IMG/VR virus record: IMGVR_UViG_3300014169_000011
Span: 1-42,867 of that record
Length of the DNA stretch: 42,867 nt
Strand: one strand, 5' to 3'
DNA from: a virus
Taxonomy: Duplodnaviria > Caudoviricetes
In this document: piece by piece, positions 1 through 9,019 of the stretch
Layout of the letters: the number at the start of each line of letters is the position of its first letter
Position numbering within the stretch: the stretch's first letter is position 1
Translations under genes and position numbers: made by a program
The notes under the pieces: generated by a model
Database searches by the model: none
Told to the model about the DNA's origin: nothing
The model's input: the letters and a program-made list of their open reading frames with translations, nothing else

Positions 1-279
<279 letters not shown>

Positions 280-283
<4 letters not shown>

Positions 284-501
284 CCTACTCCCTAATCCGC
301 AAGGCGGGCGAGGTCGCAGGCTTCACGCATGGCGAGCTCGCCCAGATCCTCGGAGTCTCGCGTCAGCTCGTCCAGAAGATATGCGCTGACGCGACCCCGG
401 AATATCTGAGCGCTCGCCAGACTCAGGCCTTGTTCGCCGCCGTGCGGCTGGCGATCGATCGGATGGAACAGGGCTTGACGGAGATGGAGAAGAGGATTTA
501 G
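280..501 (+). CDS. Cro/XRE-like HTH DNA-binding protein
   Basis: 73 aa with an HTH pattern (FTHGELAQILGVSRQLVQKI). Confidence 0.7.
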
Positions 502-530
502 GGTCCTATACGATTGGAAGGCGAAAATCG

Positions 531-1013
531 GTGATCCTAGGTGTCGATCCCGGACTTAACGGAGCGATCGCGACCTACGATGGTCGCGAGCTTTTCGTTA
601 TCGACATGCCGGTTCACATGATCGTCGTGAGCCGCAAGGATCGGCGGGCGATCGACGAGAGGGCAACGCTCGAGCGCGTCCAGCGCGCCAGTCTATTCGG
701 CGCCCAGATCCTCGTGATCGAACAGGTGTCCGGCATGCCAGGCCAGAGCGGGCCGGCGGCGTTCACGTTCGGCTACGGCGTTGGCGTGGTGACAACCGCG
801 GCGTTGAGCTGCGGGATGACCGTCGAGCGCGTCGCGCCGGTGACCTGGAAGGCTGCGCTGGGCCTCAAGAGCGCTGACAAGTCAGCCGCTCGGCGCCTGG
901 CGATCGAGACGTTCCCGGAGCACGCGGAGAAGTTTGCGCGCGTCAAGGATGACGGCAGAGCCGAAGCGGCGCTGATTGCAAAGTACGGCTGGCTGACACG
1001 AGGCGCGCTATGA
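531..1013 (+). CDS. RuvC-like Holliday junction resolvase
   Basis: RuvC-family acidic motifs ILGVDPG, VIEQV and DDGRAEAALIA; also FTFGYGVG. Confidence 0.85.
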   Translation: MILGVDPGLNGAIATYDGRELFVIDMPVHMIVVSRKDRRAIDERATLERVQRASLFGAQILVIEQVSGMPGQSGPAAFTFGYGVGVVTTAALSCGMTVERVAPVTWKAALGLKSADKSAARRLAIETFPEHAEKFARVKDDGRAEAALIAKYGWLTRGAL

Positions 1014-1126
1014 CCCCCAAACACTCCCCGCCAGTCGGCTACGTCGTCACCCGGCTGAAGCAAATCCCAGGCCGCCCGGTAGGGTGGACCGTGACGAAGT
1101 GGAAGAAGGAGACCAACGATGCCTAA
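1010..1126 (+). CDS. Small hypothetical protein (38 aa)
   Basis: ATGA overlap with the resolvase stop; MTPKHSPPVGYVVTRLK...; below the ORF-track length cutoff. Confidence 0.4.
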   Translation: MTPKHSPPVGYVVTRLKQIPGRPVGWTVTKWKKETNDA

Positions 1127-1208
1127 ACCTGTCTGCGTTCCCTGCCAAATGACTGCTAGACGAGCGACCGGATAATTCTGAACAAGATCAAGACACAAGG
1201 GGAGAGAT

Positions 1209-1427
1209 ATGAGCTGCTGCGCATGCACAGGACGATGCCGGTTTCCGCCGTACACCTGCGGCGGATTCGCCCCTGGATACGTCGCGACGATCACGCACGC
1301 GCCACAAGGATGCGTCTGTCCGCCAGGGTCGGAAGCCACCTGTCAGGGCCTAACATGCCCTCGCCGCAGTCCGCTCGGAGGCATGCCGGCTTACCAAGGA
1401 TCCCAACCCGGAGGCGCAGAGCCATGA
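1209..1427 (+). CDS. Small Cys-rich hypothetical protein
   Basis: GGGAGA RBS before the ATG; Cys-rich (CCACTGRC, GCVCPP, TCQGLTCP); stop overlaps the next ATG. Confidence 0.55.
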   Translation: MSCCACTGRCRFPPYTCGGFAPGYVATITHAPQGCVCPPGSEATCQGLTCPRRSPLGGMPAYQGSQPGGAEP

Positions 1428-2503
1428 GCGATGAGATCAACCCGGCCGGCGGCGCGGCCAGATCAACGCCAACAATACCACAGGGCTGGCGCCCGCTGCC
1501 CTCGTTGAGGGAGGCGGCGGAAGCGCTGCTGAAGCGGTGCGACAACTGCGAGGTAAACTTCGCCGAACGCGAAGCCCTCCGCCTCGCCCTCTCTCGGGAA
1601 GATGTAGTCCCCGAGGGGTGGGTGCTGGCGCCGAGGGAGCCGACACCGCAGATGATCGAAGCTGCTCGTCAGTCCGACATCGGCCCAGACCGCCCAATGT
1701 GGGACAACTGGGACAGCCCTTCGACTGCCGACAAAGACGAGTGGGAGGCTGTGCTCCCCGGTATCACAAAGGCCGGCTTCTTCCACGCTAGTTACGAGTG
1801 GCCCGAGTGGCAGTGCAAAATCCTCGAAGTCGCCTACCGCGCGATGATCAGTGCTGCGCCTTCCGCCCCCCCCATGAAGGAGCCTGAGATGAGTGGCGAC
1901 CGATCCTATCGCTATCCCTATGGCCGAACCGACACTCCGTATCCGGGGCCGCCTCCGCAGCCCCCTACCCTCGACACGGGGGCGGTGCGGGAGGAATTGA
2001 AGGAGAGTGAAATGACCTTTGAACAGTGGTGGCCGACTGCTGGCCATGAACACCGGGCCAAAGACACGGCAAAAGCCGCGTGGGAGGCTGCTCAGGCCCT
2101 CGCCGCCCCTTCCCCGCTCCCGGCCGATAGGGAGGCGATTGCGCGGGTGATCGATCGGCATGCGTGGGCTCAGTATCAAAGATACATGGAACGTGTGCCG
2201 ATCTGGGAAGAACGCGAGAAGGCTGGCGGCGAGGCAGCTAGGGCGCAGATGTCAAAGGATCTACGCGAGAGCGCGGCGGCGATCGTTGCGCCCTCTTTGA
2301 AGAAAGTCGACGCCATCTTCGCCCTCTCTTCCTCCCCAGCAGCGGGAGGGTGGAGAGCGACGGACGAGGAACTCGATCGGCTCGCAGACATCGGCGCCAA
2401 GGCGCTTCGACAGGCGCACGCTCCGCAGGCGAACTTTGACTGGTCTGACGACTACCTAATCGCCCGCCACGTTTTGCGGGCCTGCATCGGTGGCGAGAAG
2501 TGA
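1424..2503 (+). CDS. Mosaic early hypothetical protein (Ead/Ea22-like short modules)
   Basis: Start moved to ATG 1424 (GGAGG RBS, ATGA overlap). Modules EGWVLAPREPTPQMIEAA, YRAMISAAP and REAIARVID are typical of phage accessory proteins. Confidence 0.7.
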   Translation: MSDEINPAGGAARSTPTIPQGWRPLPSLREAAEALLKRCDNCEVNFAEREALRLALSREDVVPEGWVLAPREPTPQMIEAARQSDIGPDRPMWDNWDSPSTADKDEWEAVLPGITKAGFFHASYEWPEWQCKILEVAYRAMISAAPSAPPMKEPEMSGDRSYRYPYGRTDTPYPGPPPQPPTLDTGAVREELKESEMTFEQWWPTAGHEHRAKDTAKAAWEAAQALAAPSPLPADREAIARVIDRHAWAQYQRYMERVPIWEEREKAGGEAARAQMSKDLRESAAAIVAPSLKKVDAIFALSSSPAAGGWRATDEELDRLADIGAKALRQAHAPQANFDWSDDYLIARHVLRACIGGEK

Positions 2504-2718
2504 GGGCGCTGGACCTCTTTTGCGGCACTGCGGAGCGACGGCCCATGAACTCCCCACCCGACGAGGCGCTGAGAGAGGCGCGAGCGGCTTCCGCGAAGTG
2601 GATGGGTCTGCGTCCTCGGGCATGGCTCACTGGCGCGGCACTGGTAGACGCTTTTACAGCCTGCTACCTCGCCGCCCTCTCCCACCCCTCCCCGCCCCAG
2701 AAGGAAGAGACACTGTGA
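2500..2718 (+). CDS. Hypothetical protein beginning with a C5-methyltransferase motif I remnant
   Basis: GTGA overlap; N-terminus MRALDLFCG, but no PC or ENV motifs follow. Confidence 0.5.
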   Translation: MRALDLFCGTAERRPMNSPPDEALREARAASAKWMGLRPRAWLTGAALVDAFTACYLAALSHPSPPQKEETL

Positions 2719-3017
2719 GCAAGCATGATTGGATGTCCGACGGCGACGCACCGAAGTTCTGTCGGCGCTGTCGCGAGGTTCTCATCAACGAGGACGAGGA
2801 GGACGAAGATTGTCCACTTTCGCTCCCCGCCCGGCCGGATACTGCGCCGGAAAAAGAACGCGTCGCTCTCTGGATGATCGCCCACAGCTACGCCACGGGC
2901 TATGGCGATACCGTCGAGGACATGCTCGGCGAACTGGAGTGGCAAGCGATAGAGCGCGGGCAACGGGCCTCCACTCTCGAACACGAGGCGATGGATAAGG
3001 GGGACGACCGTGGTTGA
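2715..3017 (+). CDS. Hypothetical protein with CxxC
   Basis: AAGGAAG RBS, GTG start at 2715 overlapping the previous stop; MSKHDW...FCRRC. Confidence 0.6.
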   Translation: MSKHDWMSDGDAPKFCRRCREVLINEDEEDEDCPLSLPARPDTAPEKERVALWMIAHSYATGYGDTVEDMLGELEWQAIERGQRASTLEHEAMDKGDDRG

Positions 3018-3204
3018 GCGAACCGCCAGCTTCAAAGCGCTTGCCTCGAAGGTGCTCGGATGGTCGCTTGTCGAGACCGGGTCGGTATTCGTGCTTCTGG
3101 CTTTCGCCCCGCCTTTCAATCCCCTGCTGGTACTTGGCGGTGGCGTCCTGACGGTTAACGGCGTGTACTTCATTCGGGCGATGGATAAGGGGGAGGGGAC
3201 GTGA
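3010..3204 (+). CDS. Small membrane protein (about 2 TM segments)
   Basis: 64 aa with two hydrophobic stretches; AAGGGGG RBS. Confidence 0.6.
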   Translation: MVERTASFKALASKVLGWSLVETGSVFVLLAFAPPFNPLLVLGGGVLTVNGVYFIRAMDKGEGT

Positions 3205-3599
3205 GCGCCACACTCGCGGACGCGCTAGCTAAGGCGCTCGATCGCATAACCGAGCAGCAAGCTTACATCGAAGAACTCGAACAAGCGCTCGAGGGCGCGA
3301 TATGGGTCGAGGATTGGGAGGCGCGGAATATCGTGCGCGCCCTCGGCGTGACGCCTCACTGTGCCCGAATCCTGCTGGTCCTCTACAAGGCCAAGGGGCC
3401 GCTCTACGGGAAGGATATCGATCAGGCGCTGCCTGAGAAGCACGGACATGAGCGAATCGGAAACAAGTCAATTTCCGAAGTCCTGATCTCTCGGATGCGC
3501 AAGGTGATCGGGTACGACGCGATCGGCTCGAAGATATGGTCTGGCTACTGGCTGACGGAGCGCGGCCGACTGATGGTTCAGGGCGCCCTGTGGTCCTAG
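3201..3599 (+). CDS. OmpR/PhoB-type winged-helix DNA-binding protein without a receiver domain
   Basis: Coiled-coil N-terminus, then EVLISRMRKVIG...IGSKIWSGYWL, matching the Trans_reg_C recognition helix and wing. Confidence 0.65.
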   Translation: MSATLADALAKALDRITEQQAYIEELEQALEGAIWVEDWEARNIVRALGVTPHCARILLVLYKAKGPLYGKDIDQALPEKHGHERIGNKSISEVLISRMRKVIGYDAIGSKIWSGYWLTERGRLMVQGALWS

Positions 3600-4927
3600 A
3601 GCTGTTCCCCTACCAGCACGCCGGCGCCGCCTTCCTGGCGTCCAAGTCCCGCGGTGCGCTGTTCGACGATCCGGGCGTCGGCAAGACCGCCCAGGCGATT
3701 CGAGCTCTCGACCTGAAGCGCCTGCGCCGCGGCGTTGTGATCTGCCCCGCGGCCGTGCGCGAGGTCTGGCTCGGCGAGTTCAGGAAGTTCTCTCGCCTGC
3801 CGCGGCGCATCGTCAAGGGCCGCGACATCAATGACTTGAATCTCTGGCTGCGCGGCAAGGTCGACGTCCTGCTGCTCAGTTACCAGATGGCGGCGAAGTG
3901 GGCGGCGCGCATGGGCGTCGACGCCATGGACTTCGTGATCTGCGACGAGAGCCATTACCTCAAGAACAAGAGCACCGACTGGACGAGGGCCATCCTCGGC
4001 GCCGAGTGCGACGGCCGGCACGGCCTGGCGCGCTGGGCCGCGCACGTCTGGTTCCTCACGGGAACGCCGGCGCCCAACGATGCGGCGGACATCTGGTCGG
4101 TGCTTCGGTTCTGCCGCGCCACGCCGTGCAGCCATCAGATCTTCGCCGCCCGGTACTTCAAGAAGGCCGTCGGCGCCTACTCGACCCGCTACACCGTGCG
4201 CGACGAGACGGTCGCCGAGCTGAAACTAGCCATCCAGTCCTGTTCGCTGCGGCGGACTAAGAAACAGGCCGGCCTGCAGTTGCCCCCGATCTGGCTGACG
4301 ACGATCAACGTCGACGGTGACAGCGCGCCGGTGAAGGCGCTGCTGCGGGACCATCCAGGGCTCGAGAAGGCGATCGTCGAGGCGGTGGAGAAGGGCGGGC
4401 TGTCGTTCCTCGACGCTCAACACATCGCCACGCTGCGGCGATTGGTTGGAGAGGCGAAGAGTCATGCGTTTTCCGAACTTTTGGTTGAGGAACTGTCCGA
4501 TGGACTTCAAAAAGTTGTCGTGTTCGGGGTGCACCGACGAGCACTGGACGGTATCGAAGAGCGGCTTCGCCGCGCTGGTGTCGGACTTGTCCGTCTTGAC
4601 GGGCAAACCTCAGAAGATGGTCGTCGAAGAGCTGTTGAGCAGTTTCAACGAGATGATTCGGTCAGAGTGTTTCTCGGAAATATCCGCGCTGCGGGTCAAG
4701 GGCTTACTCTGACTGCCGCGTCGGACGTGATCATGTTCGAGAGCGACTGGACGCCGGCCGGCAACGCCCAGGCTCTCATGAGGGTCCACCGGATCGGCCA
4801 GGGGAAGCAGGTTCACGCCCGCTTCGTCGTGCTGGCGAACTCGATCGATGAGTACGTCAGCGAGACCGTGGCGCGGAAGACCAAGGACCTGATCAAGCTC
4901 GGCACGTTCTCCGAGATAGCCGCTTGA
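3590..4927 (+). CDS. SNF2-family (SF2) helicase
   Basis: LFPYQ, DDPGVGKT (Walker A), ICDESH (DExH), LTGTP, GQGLTL, QALMRVHRIGQ. Confidence 0.92.
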   Translation: MVLELFPYQHAGAAFLASKSRGALFDDPGVGKTAQAIRALDLKRLRRGVVICPAAVREVWLGEFRKFSRLPRRIVKGRDINDLNLWLRGKVDVLLLSYQMAAKWAARMGVDAMDFVICDESHYLKNKSTDWTRAILGAECDGRHGLARWAAHVWFLTGTPAPNDAADIWSVLRFCRATPCSHQIFAARYFKKAVGAYSTRYTVRDETVAELKLAIQSCSLRRTKKQAGLQLPPIWLTTINVDGDSAPVKALLRDHPGLEKAIVEAVEKGGLSFLDAQHIATLRRLVGEAKSHAFSELLVEELSDGLQKVVVFGVHRRALDGIEERLRRAGVGLVRLDGQTSEDGRRRAVEQFQRDDSVRVFLGNIRAAGQGLTLTAASDVIMFESDWTPAGNAQALMRVHRIGQGKQVHARFVVLANSIDEYVSETVARKTKDLIKLGTFSEIAA

Positions 4928-5730
4928 AGCCCTTGGTCGTCGATCTGTTCACCGGCTTGCACGGCTGGTGGCACGGCTTCGAGGCGGCCGGCTACCGCGG
5001 CCGCGGCTACGACCTCGAAGACATGTGCGCCAAGTTTGGGGAGCCGCAACCCGAGGGCGACTTCGAGCTCGTCCTGAAAGACATCCGGGCGATGCATGGC
5101 TCGGAGATCGCCGATGCGGACTTCATCGTCGGATCGTCGCCTTGCACGGACTACTCGTATATGGCCATGCCATGGACGCGAGCGAAAGCGAAGGCGGCAG
5201 CGATCCGCGCCGACGGGACCGGCGAAGCGCTGCGGCAACTCAACGAACTCTTCGATGCCCAGTTCCGCATTCAGCGCGAGGCGAGCGAGGCGGCTGGACG
5301 GCATATCCCGATGGTGGTCGAGAACGTGCGTGGCGCGATTCCGTGGGTCGGCCGGTCGCGCGCCAACTTCGGGTCGTATCACCTTTGGGGCGATGTGCCG
5401 GCGCTGATGCCGGCGACGCTGAGCCGCAAGAATGACGACTTGGGTGGCGGATCGCGGTTCAACATCGGCTCGCCAGGTCAAACGGTGACGGGCGCGAACC
5501 CCGATGGGCGCAAGATACCCGGCTTTCGCTTCGATGGGTCTGGCGGCAGCTTTCAGACGGCGTCAGTCAATCAACATCTGAAGGGCGGGGGAGATTGGTT
5601 CAGCTCAGGCGAAGGGTGTTCACTTCAACGTCGCGCGGGAAGCGGAACCGTCGCCCGCGCCCGCGCCAGCGCTCTCATCGCCAAAATCCCTTTCACGCTC
5701 GCCTACTGGATTGCGGCGACAAGCCCTTGA
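4924..5730 (+). CDS. DNA cytosine-C5 methyltransferase-like protein
   Basis: VVDLFTG (motif I), GSSPC (motif IV), VENV (motif VI). Confidence 0.78.
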   Translation: MKPLVVDLFTGLHGWWHGFEAAGYRGRGYDLEDMCAKFGEPQPEGDFELVLKDIRAMHGSEIADADFIVGSSPCTDYSYMAMPWTRAKAKAAAIRADGTGEALRQLNELFDAQFRIQREASEAAGRHIPMVVENVRGAIPWVGRSRANFGSYHLWGDVPALMPATLSRKNDDLGGGSRFNIGSPGQTVTGANPDGRKIPGFRFDGSGGSFQTASVNQHLKGGGDWFSSGEGCSLQRRAGSGTVARARASALIAKIPFTLAYWIAATSP

Positions 5731-5755
5731 CGCGGCCCGCAAACAGGATTTAATC
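5727..5755 (+). promoter_or_regulatory. Putative sigma70-type promoter for the replication genes
   Basis: TTGACG (5727-5732), 16-17 nt spacer, then TTTAAT/TTAATC in an AT-rich intergenic patch. Confidence 0.55.
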
Positions 5756-5789
5756 AATTAATCGATTTATCCAACCCAGAGGGAGCCAG

Positions 5790-6404
5790 ATGGCCCGGAT
5801 TACGATGACGATCGACGCCGAAGACGCGACGGATCTGACGATGACACTGGCGCGACTGCTGAGCGCTAACCCGCAATTACTCGCTCGGAAGATCGACGAG
5901 ATCGCTCGGGAAGACGCAGAAGATGCGGCCTTCGAGCCCGATGCCGGCGCCCGCCAGGACGCCGAGCCGGGGGAGCGCCAGGGCGGCAGCAAGTTCCGCC
6001 GGAACGCCGACGAGATCGCCAGGGGGCTGACCCTGGAGCAGGCGAAGGCGGAACGCGCCTCGCGCCTTGCGGGCGGACCGGCAAGCCAGTCGATCGAGAC
6101 TGCCACCGCTGCCTCGTCAGAAGGGGCGCCGACTGGCGAATCGAGTGTCGAGGTTGACCCTTTCGCCGAACCGGCGACGACCGCCTCCCCGCCTACCTCC
6201 GACGTCTCTACGGCGACTACAGCGCCTAGCCTTGACGACGTGAAGAAGGCGATGAGCGTCTTCCTCGGCCGCGACGGCAACGACGGCAACAAGCTCGTCG
6301 CGCAGTGCATGAAGTTCAAGACGGCCGAGGGCGATGTCTGCCAGCGCGCTTCACAACTGAAGCCTGCCGACTACGAGGCGTTCATCGCCGAACTGGCGGC
6401 CTAG
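5790..6404 (+). CDS. Acidic hypothetical protein of the APSE-like replication module
   Basis: GAGGGAG RBS; C-terminal helical domain (LDDVKKAM...SQLKPADYEAFIAEL); sits upstream of the DUF2800/DUF2815/polA block. Confidence 0.7.
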   Translation: MARITMTIDAEDATDLTMTLARLLSANPQLLARKIDEIAREDAEDAAFEPDAGARQDAEPGERQGGSKFRRNADEIARGLTLEQAKAERASRLAGGPASQSIETATAASSEGAPTGESSVEVDPFAEPATTASPPTSDVSTATTAPSLDDVKKAMSVFLGRDGNDGNKLVAQCMKFKTAEGDVCQRASQLKPADYEAFIAELAA

Positions 6405-6406
6405 CC

Positions 6407-6574
6407 ATGCCGGAAGACAAGCTGACGCGCGCTGAGCGCATCCGACTGGAGAGCCTCTCGCAGGCTCTCCAGATCACTATCGTCGAGTCCGCCGCTCGGC
6501 CGACGCTGAAGACGATCCTCGATAACGCGGAGCGCATCGAGGCGTGGCTGCGGAAAGCGCGAGAAGACGGATGA
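6407..6574 (+). CDS. Small hypothetical protein
   Basis: MPEDKLTRAERIRLE...; its stop overlaps the next ATG. Confidence 0.6.
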   Translation: MPEDKLTRAERIRLESLSQALQITIVESAARPTLKTILDNAERIEAWLRKAREDG

Positions 6575-7794
6575 CCGAGAAGCATTCAGTCTACGGCGGT
6601 TCGGTCATCGGCCGGATCATCGCCTGTCCGGGGTCTGTTGCGCTCTGCGACACGATCCCGGACAAGACCTCGCGCTACGCCGACCAGGGCTCGGCGGCGC
6701 ACGCCCTGGCCGAGGCCTGTCTGAAGGATAGCCTTCACCCGACGCACTTCCTGGGTGAGGTCTTCCCGCCGTACGTCGAGCACATCGTCGACCAGGCGAT
6801 GTGCGACGCGGTGCTCGTCTATCTCGAAGCGGTGACGCACGAACTCGCCCTGACGAAGACCGCCGAGCTCTACGTCGAGAAGTCGTTCGACCTCGACATC
6901 CCTGGCTGCGCCAAGGGCGAGGTTCACGGCAAGAACGACGCCATGGTCTACCACCCGGAGACCGGTCGTCTGCGCGTGTTCGACTACAAGCACGGCGCCG
7001 GCGTCCAGGTCGACGTGGTCGACAATGCGCAGCTCAAGTTCTACGCCGCCGGCGCGGTGTTCTCGAACCCCTGGCGCGTCACCGAACTCATCCTGACCGT
7101 CGTGCAGCCGAGAGCCTGGGACGGCGAAGAGGCGGTGCAGGACTGGCGGTTCGAGACACCTGACCTGCTGGAGTTCCTGGGCGACGTCGGACACGCAATC
7201 GCATCGGCCAAGGCCGAGACGGCGCTGGCGAACCTCGTCGCCGGCCCGCACTGCGACAAGTCCTTCTGCCGCGGCCGCATAACCTGTCCGGCCTACCAAG
7301 CTCTCAAGCTGGCCGACACAGGCTTCGAGACCGTCGACCTGACGTCTCTCGACGCCGAGGCCTATCCGCATCCGTCTCACCTGACGAACGAGAAGCTGGC
7401 GCAGATCGTCGCAGCGCTAGCTCGGTTCTCGTCCTGGGCGAACACCTGCCAGGAGTACCTCGAAGGCAAGCTGATGGCTGGTGAAACCGTGCCCGGCTGG
7501 AAGGTCGTCGAGAAGATCGGCCGCGCCAAGTGGATCGCCGACGAAGAGAGCATCGCTTCGACGCTCGAAGCGATCTACGACATCGATCGCGACCTCGTTC
7601 TGCCGCGGCGCCTGACGACCATCGGCGACGTCGAGAAGCTGATGAAGGCGGCCGGTGCGACGAAGTCCGCGATCGACGACTTCAAGCTCAAGAACACGCT
7701 CAAGGAATCGAGCGGACTGACGATCGCCCCTGAGGGCGACCGCCGGCCCGCCGTCAACGCCGCCGAACGGGCCTTCGGAGATGTGTCGATATGA
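6571..7794 (+). CDS. DUF2800 / Cas4-like PD-(D/E)XK exonuclease
   Basis: HS..GGS...IACPGS, GSAAH, GKNDA, VFDYKHG, QLKFYA, HCDKSFC....CP. Confidence 0.85.
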   Translation: MTEKHSVYGGSVIGRIIACPGSVALCDTIPDKTSRYADQGSAAHALAEACLKDSLHPTHFLGEVFPPYVEHIVDQAMCDAVLVYLEAVTHELALTKTAELYVEKSFDLDIPGCAKGEVHGKNDAMVYHPETGRLRVFDYKHGAGVQVDVVDNAQLKFYAAGAVFSNPWRVTELILTVVQPRAWDGEEAVQDWRFETPDLLEFLGDVGHAIASAKAETALANLVAGPHCDKSFCRGRITCPAYQALKLADTGFETVDLTSLDAEAYPHPSHLTNEKLAQIVAALARFSSWANTCQEYLEGKLMAGETVPGWKVVEKIGRAKWIADEESIASTLEAIYDIDRDLVLPRRLTTIGDVEKLMKAAGATKSAIDDFKLKNTLKESSGLTIAPEGDRRPAVNAAERAFGDVSI

Positions 7795-8090
7795 GATGCG
7801 AGACCTGTGGCGACGACCCGCGTGTCGATCTCGTGCCGCCGTTCCGGTGGCAGTCGGACGACAACAATACGCCGAGGGCGAAGAAACGCCCTCTGACCTG
7901 GACCCTGTGGGCCGGGATCGTTCATCTCGCGACCGTGTCTCCCTCTGCGACTGGAAAGACGTACGTCGTCGATTGCCGGATGCCGCAGTCCGGAGCTTCG
8001 TCCTACCATCCTGAAGAGCAGGCCAAGCGAGTAGCGGAGATCATGTGTCGCCGCTGGTTTGAGGGCTGCTTTGTAGACCCCGACGCCTGA
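7791..8090 (+). CDS. Hypothetical protein
   Basis: ATGA overlap; fills the gap between the nuclease and SSB genes; N-terminal CxxC. Confidence 0.5.
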   Translation: MRCETCGDDPRVDLVPPFRWQSDDNNTPRAKKRPLTWTLWAGIVHLATVSPSATGKTYVVDCRMPQSGASSYHPEEQAKRVAEIMCRRWFEGCFVDPDA

Positions 8091-8126
8091 CCGGGTTTCG
8101 TCAGGCACCATGCAAGGAATGATCTA

Positions 8127-8828
8127 ATGCACGACTCCAACATGTCTCCCGAGTGGATCGCGAAGGCCTGGAAACAGAACCCCTGCGTCAAGCTCGACAA
8201 CGGCGACGTCCGCACCGGACCCGTCCGTCTCAGCTTCCCCCATCTCCTGACGCCGGCCAAGCGCCGGCCGGGCGATGATCCCGACAAGGCCGACCAGTAC
8301 GGCGCCGTCCTCCTGTTCCCCCTCGGCGCCGACATCTCCGTTCTGACCAAGGAAATGCGGGAAGTCGCCCTCGCCAAGTACCCCCAGGCGGGCAAGCCCG
8401 GCGGACCCAAGCTGTTCAACCCGATCCGCGACCAGGATGTCGACGGCAAGGGCCAGCCTGGCGAAGCCGAGCGGTACGCCGGGTACGTGAAGGGCGCGAT
8501 GCGGATCGGCGCCAACGCCAACCGCAAGATCCAGGTCGTCGACCGCAGCCTCGCGCCGGTGATCGACGACGAGAAGATCTACCCCGGCGTCTGGGCGATC
8601 GTCACGCTGCGCTGCTTCACCTTCGAGCGGCAGGGCAACAAGGGGCCGACCTTCGGGCTACAGAACGTCATGCTGGTCGCCGACGACACCAACATCGGCG
8701 GCACCGGCACGGCGAACCCGAGGGACGCCTTCGCCGGCGTCCAGATCGAAGCCGGCGACATCGACGCGGACAAGGCGTTCGGAGAAGGGGCGAAGGCGGA
8801 AGAAACCGCTATCGATCCGTTCTCGTGA
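8127..8828 (+). CDS. DUF2815 ssDNA-binding/annealing protein (T7 gp2.5-like)
   Basis: VRLSFPHL, IYPGVW, GNKGPTFGLQNV and an acidic tail ending in DPFS. Confidence 0.85.
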   Translation: MHDSNMSPEWIAKAWKQNPCVKLDNGDVRTGPVRLSFPHLLTPAKRRPGDDPDKADQYGAVLLFPLGADISVLTKEMREVALAKYPQAGKPGGPKLFNPIRDQDVDGKGQPGEAERYAGYVKGAMRIGANANRKIQVVDRSLAPVIDDEKIYPGVWAIVTLRCFTFERQGNKGPTFGLQNVMLVADDTNIGGTGTANPRDAFAGVQIEAGDIDADKAFGEGAKAEETAIDPFS

Positions 8829-9019
8829 GCCGGAAGTCCGACCTCATCGACATCGAGCTGAACATCCATGCGGAGACGGCGAAAGCTATCGCCGTCTCCG
8901 ACGACGGCAGCACCTACGTTTGGCTCCCGAAGAGCCAGATTGAATACGTCGAGAAGGGGCAGTCGATCGTCGAAGTGACGATGCCCGAGTGGTTGGCCCT
9001 GGAGAAGGGCTTCATCTGA
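8825..9019 (+). CDS. Small conserved-looking phage hypothetical protein
   Basis: ETAKAI...VWLPKSQIE...MPEWLALEKG; overlaps its neighbours at both ends. Confidence 0.7.
   Translation: MSRKSDLIDIELNIHAETAKAIAVSDDGSTYVWLPKSQIEYVEKGQSIVEVTMPEWLALEKGFI

Noticed and set aside
1119-1175. 18-codon ORF MPKPVCVPCQ... with a strong AAGGAG RBS
   Set aside because: It is too short to support. It may be a truncated gene remnant, but this cannot be verified without a search.
5748-5770. CtrA box in the AT-rich promoter region
   Set aside because: The TTAA half-sites are spaced by 4 nt, not the TTAA-N7-TTAA consensus.
6571-7794. Cas4-like protein as evidence of a CRISPR-Cas system
   Set aside because: It lies in the standard DUF2800-DUF2815-PolA replication module, with no cas1/cas2 or array.
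8085-8106. Hairpin GCCTGAC-N8-GTCAGGC as an intrinsic terminator
   Set aside because: No U-tract follows. It may be a processing or stability hairpin, but a terminator call is unsupported.
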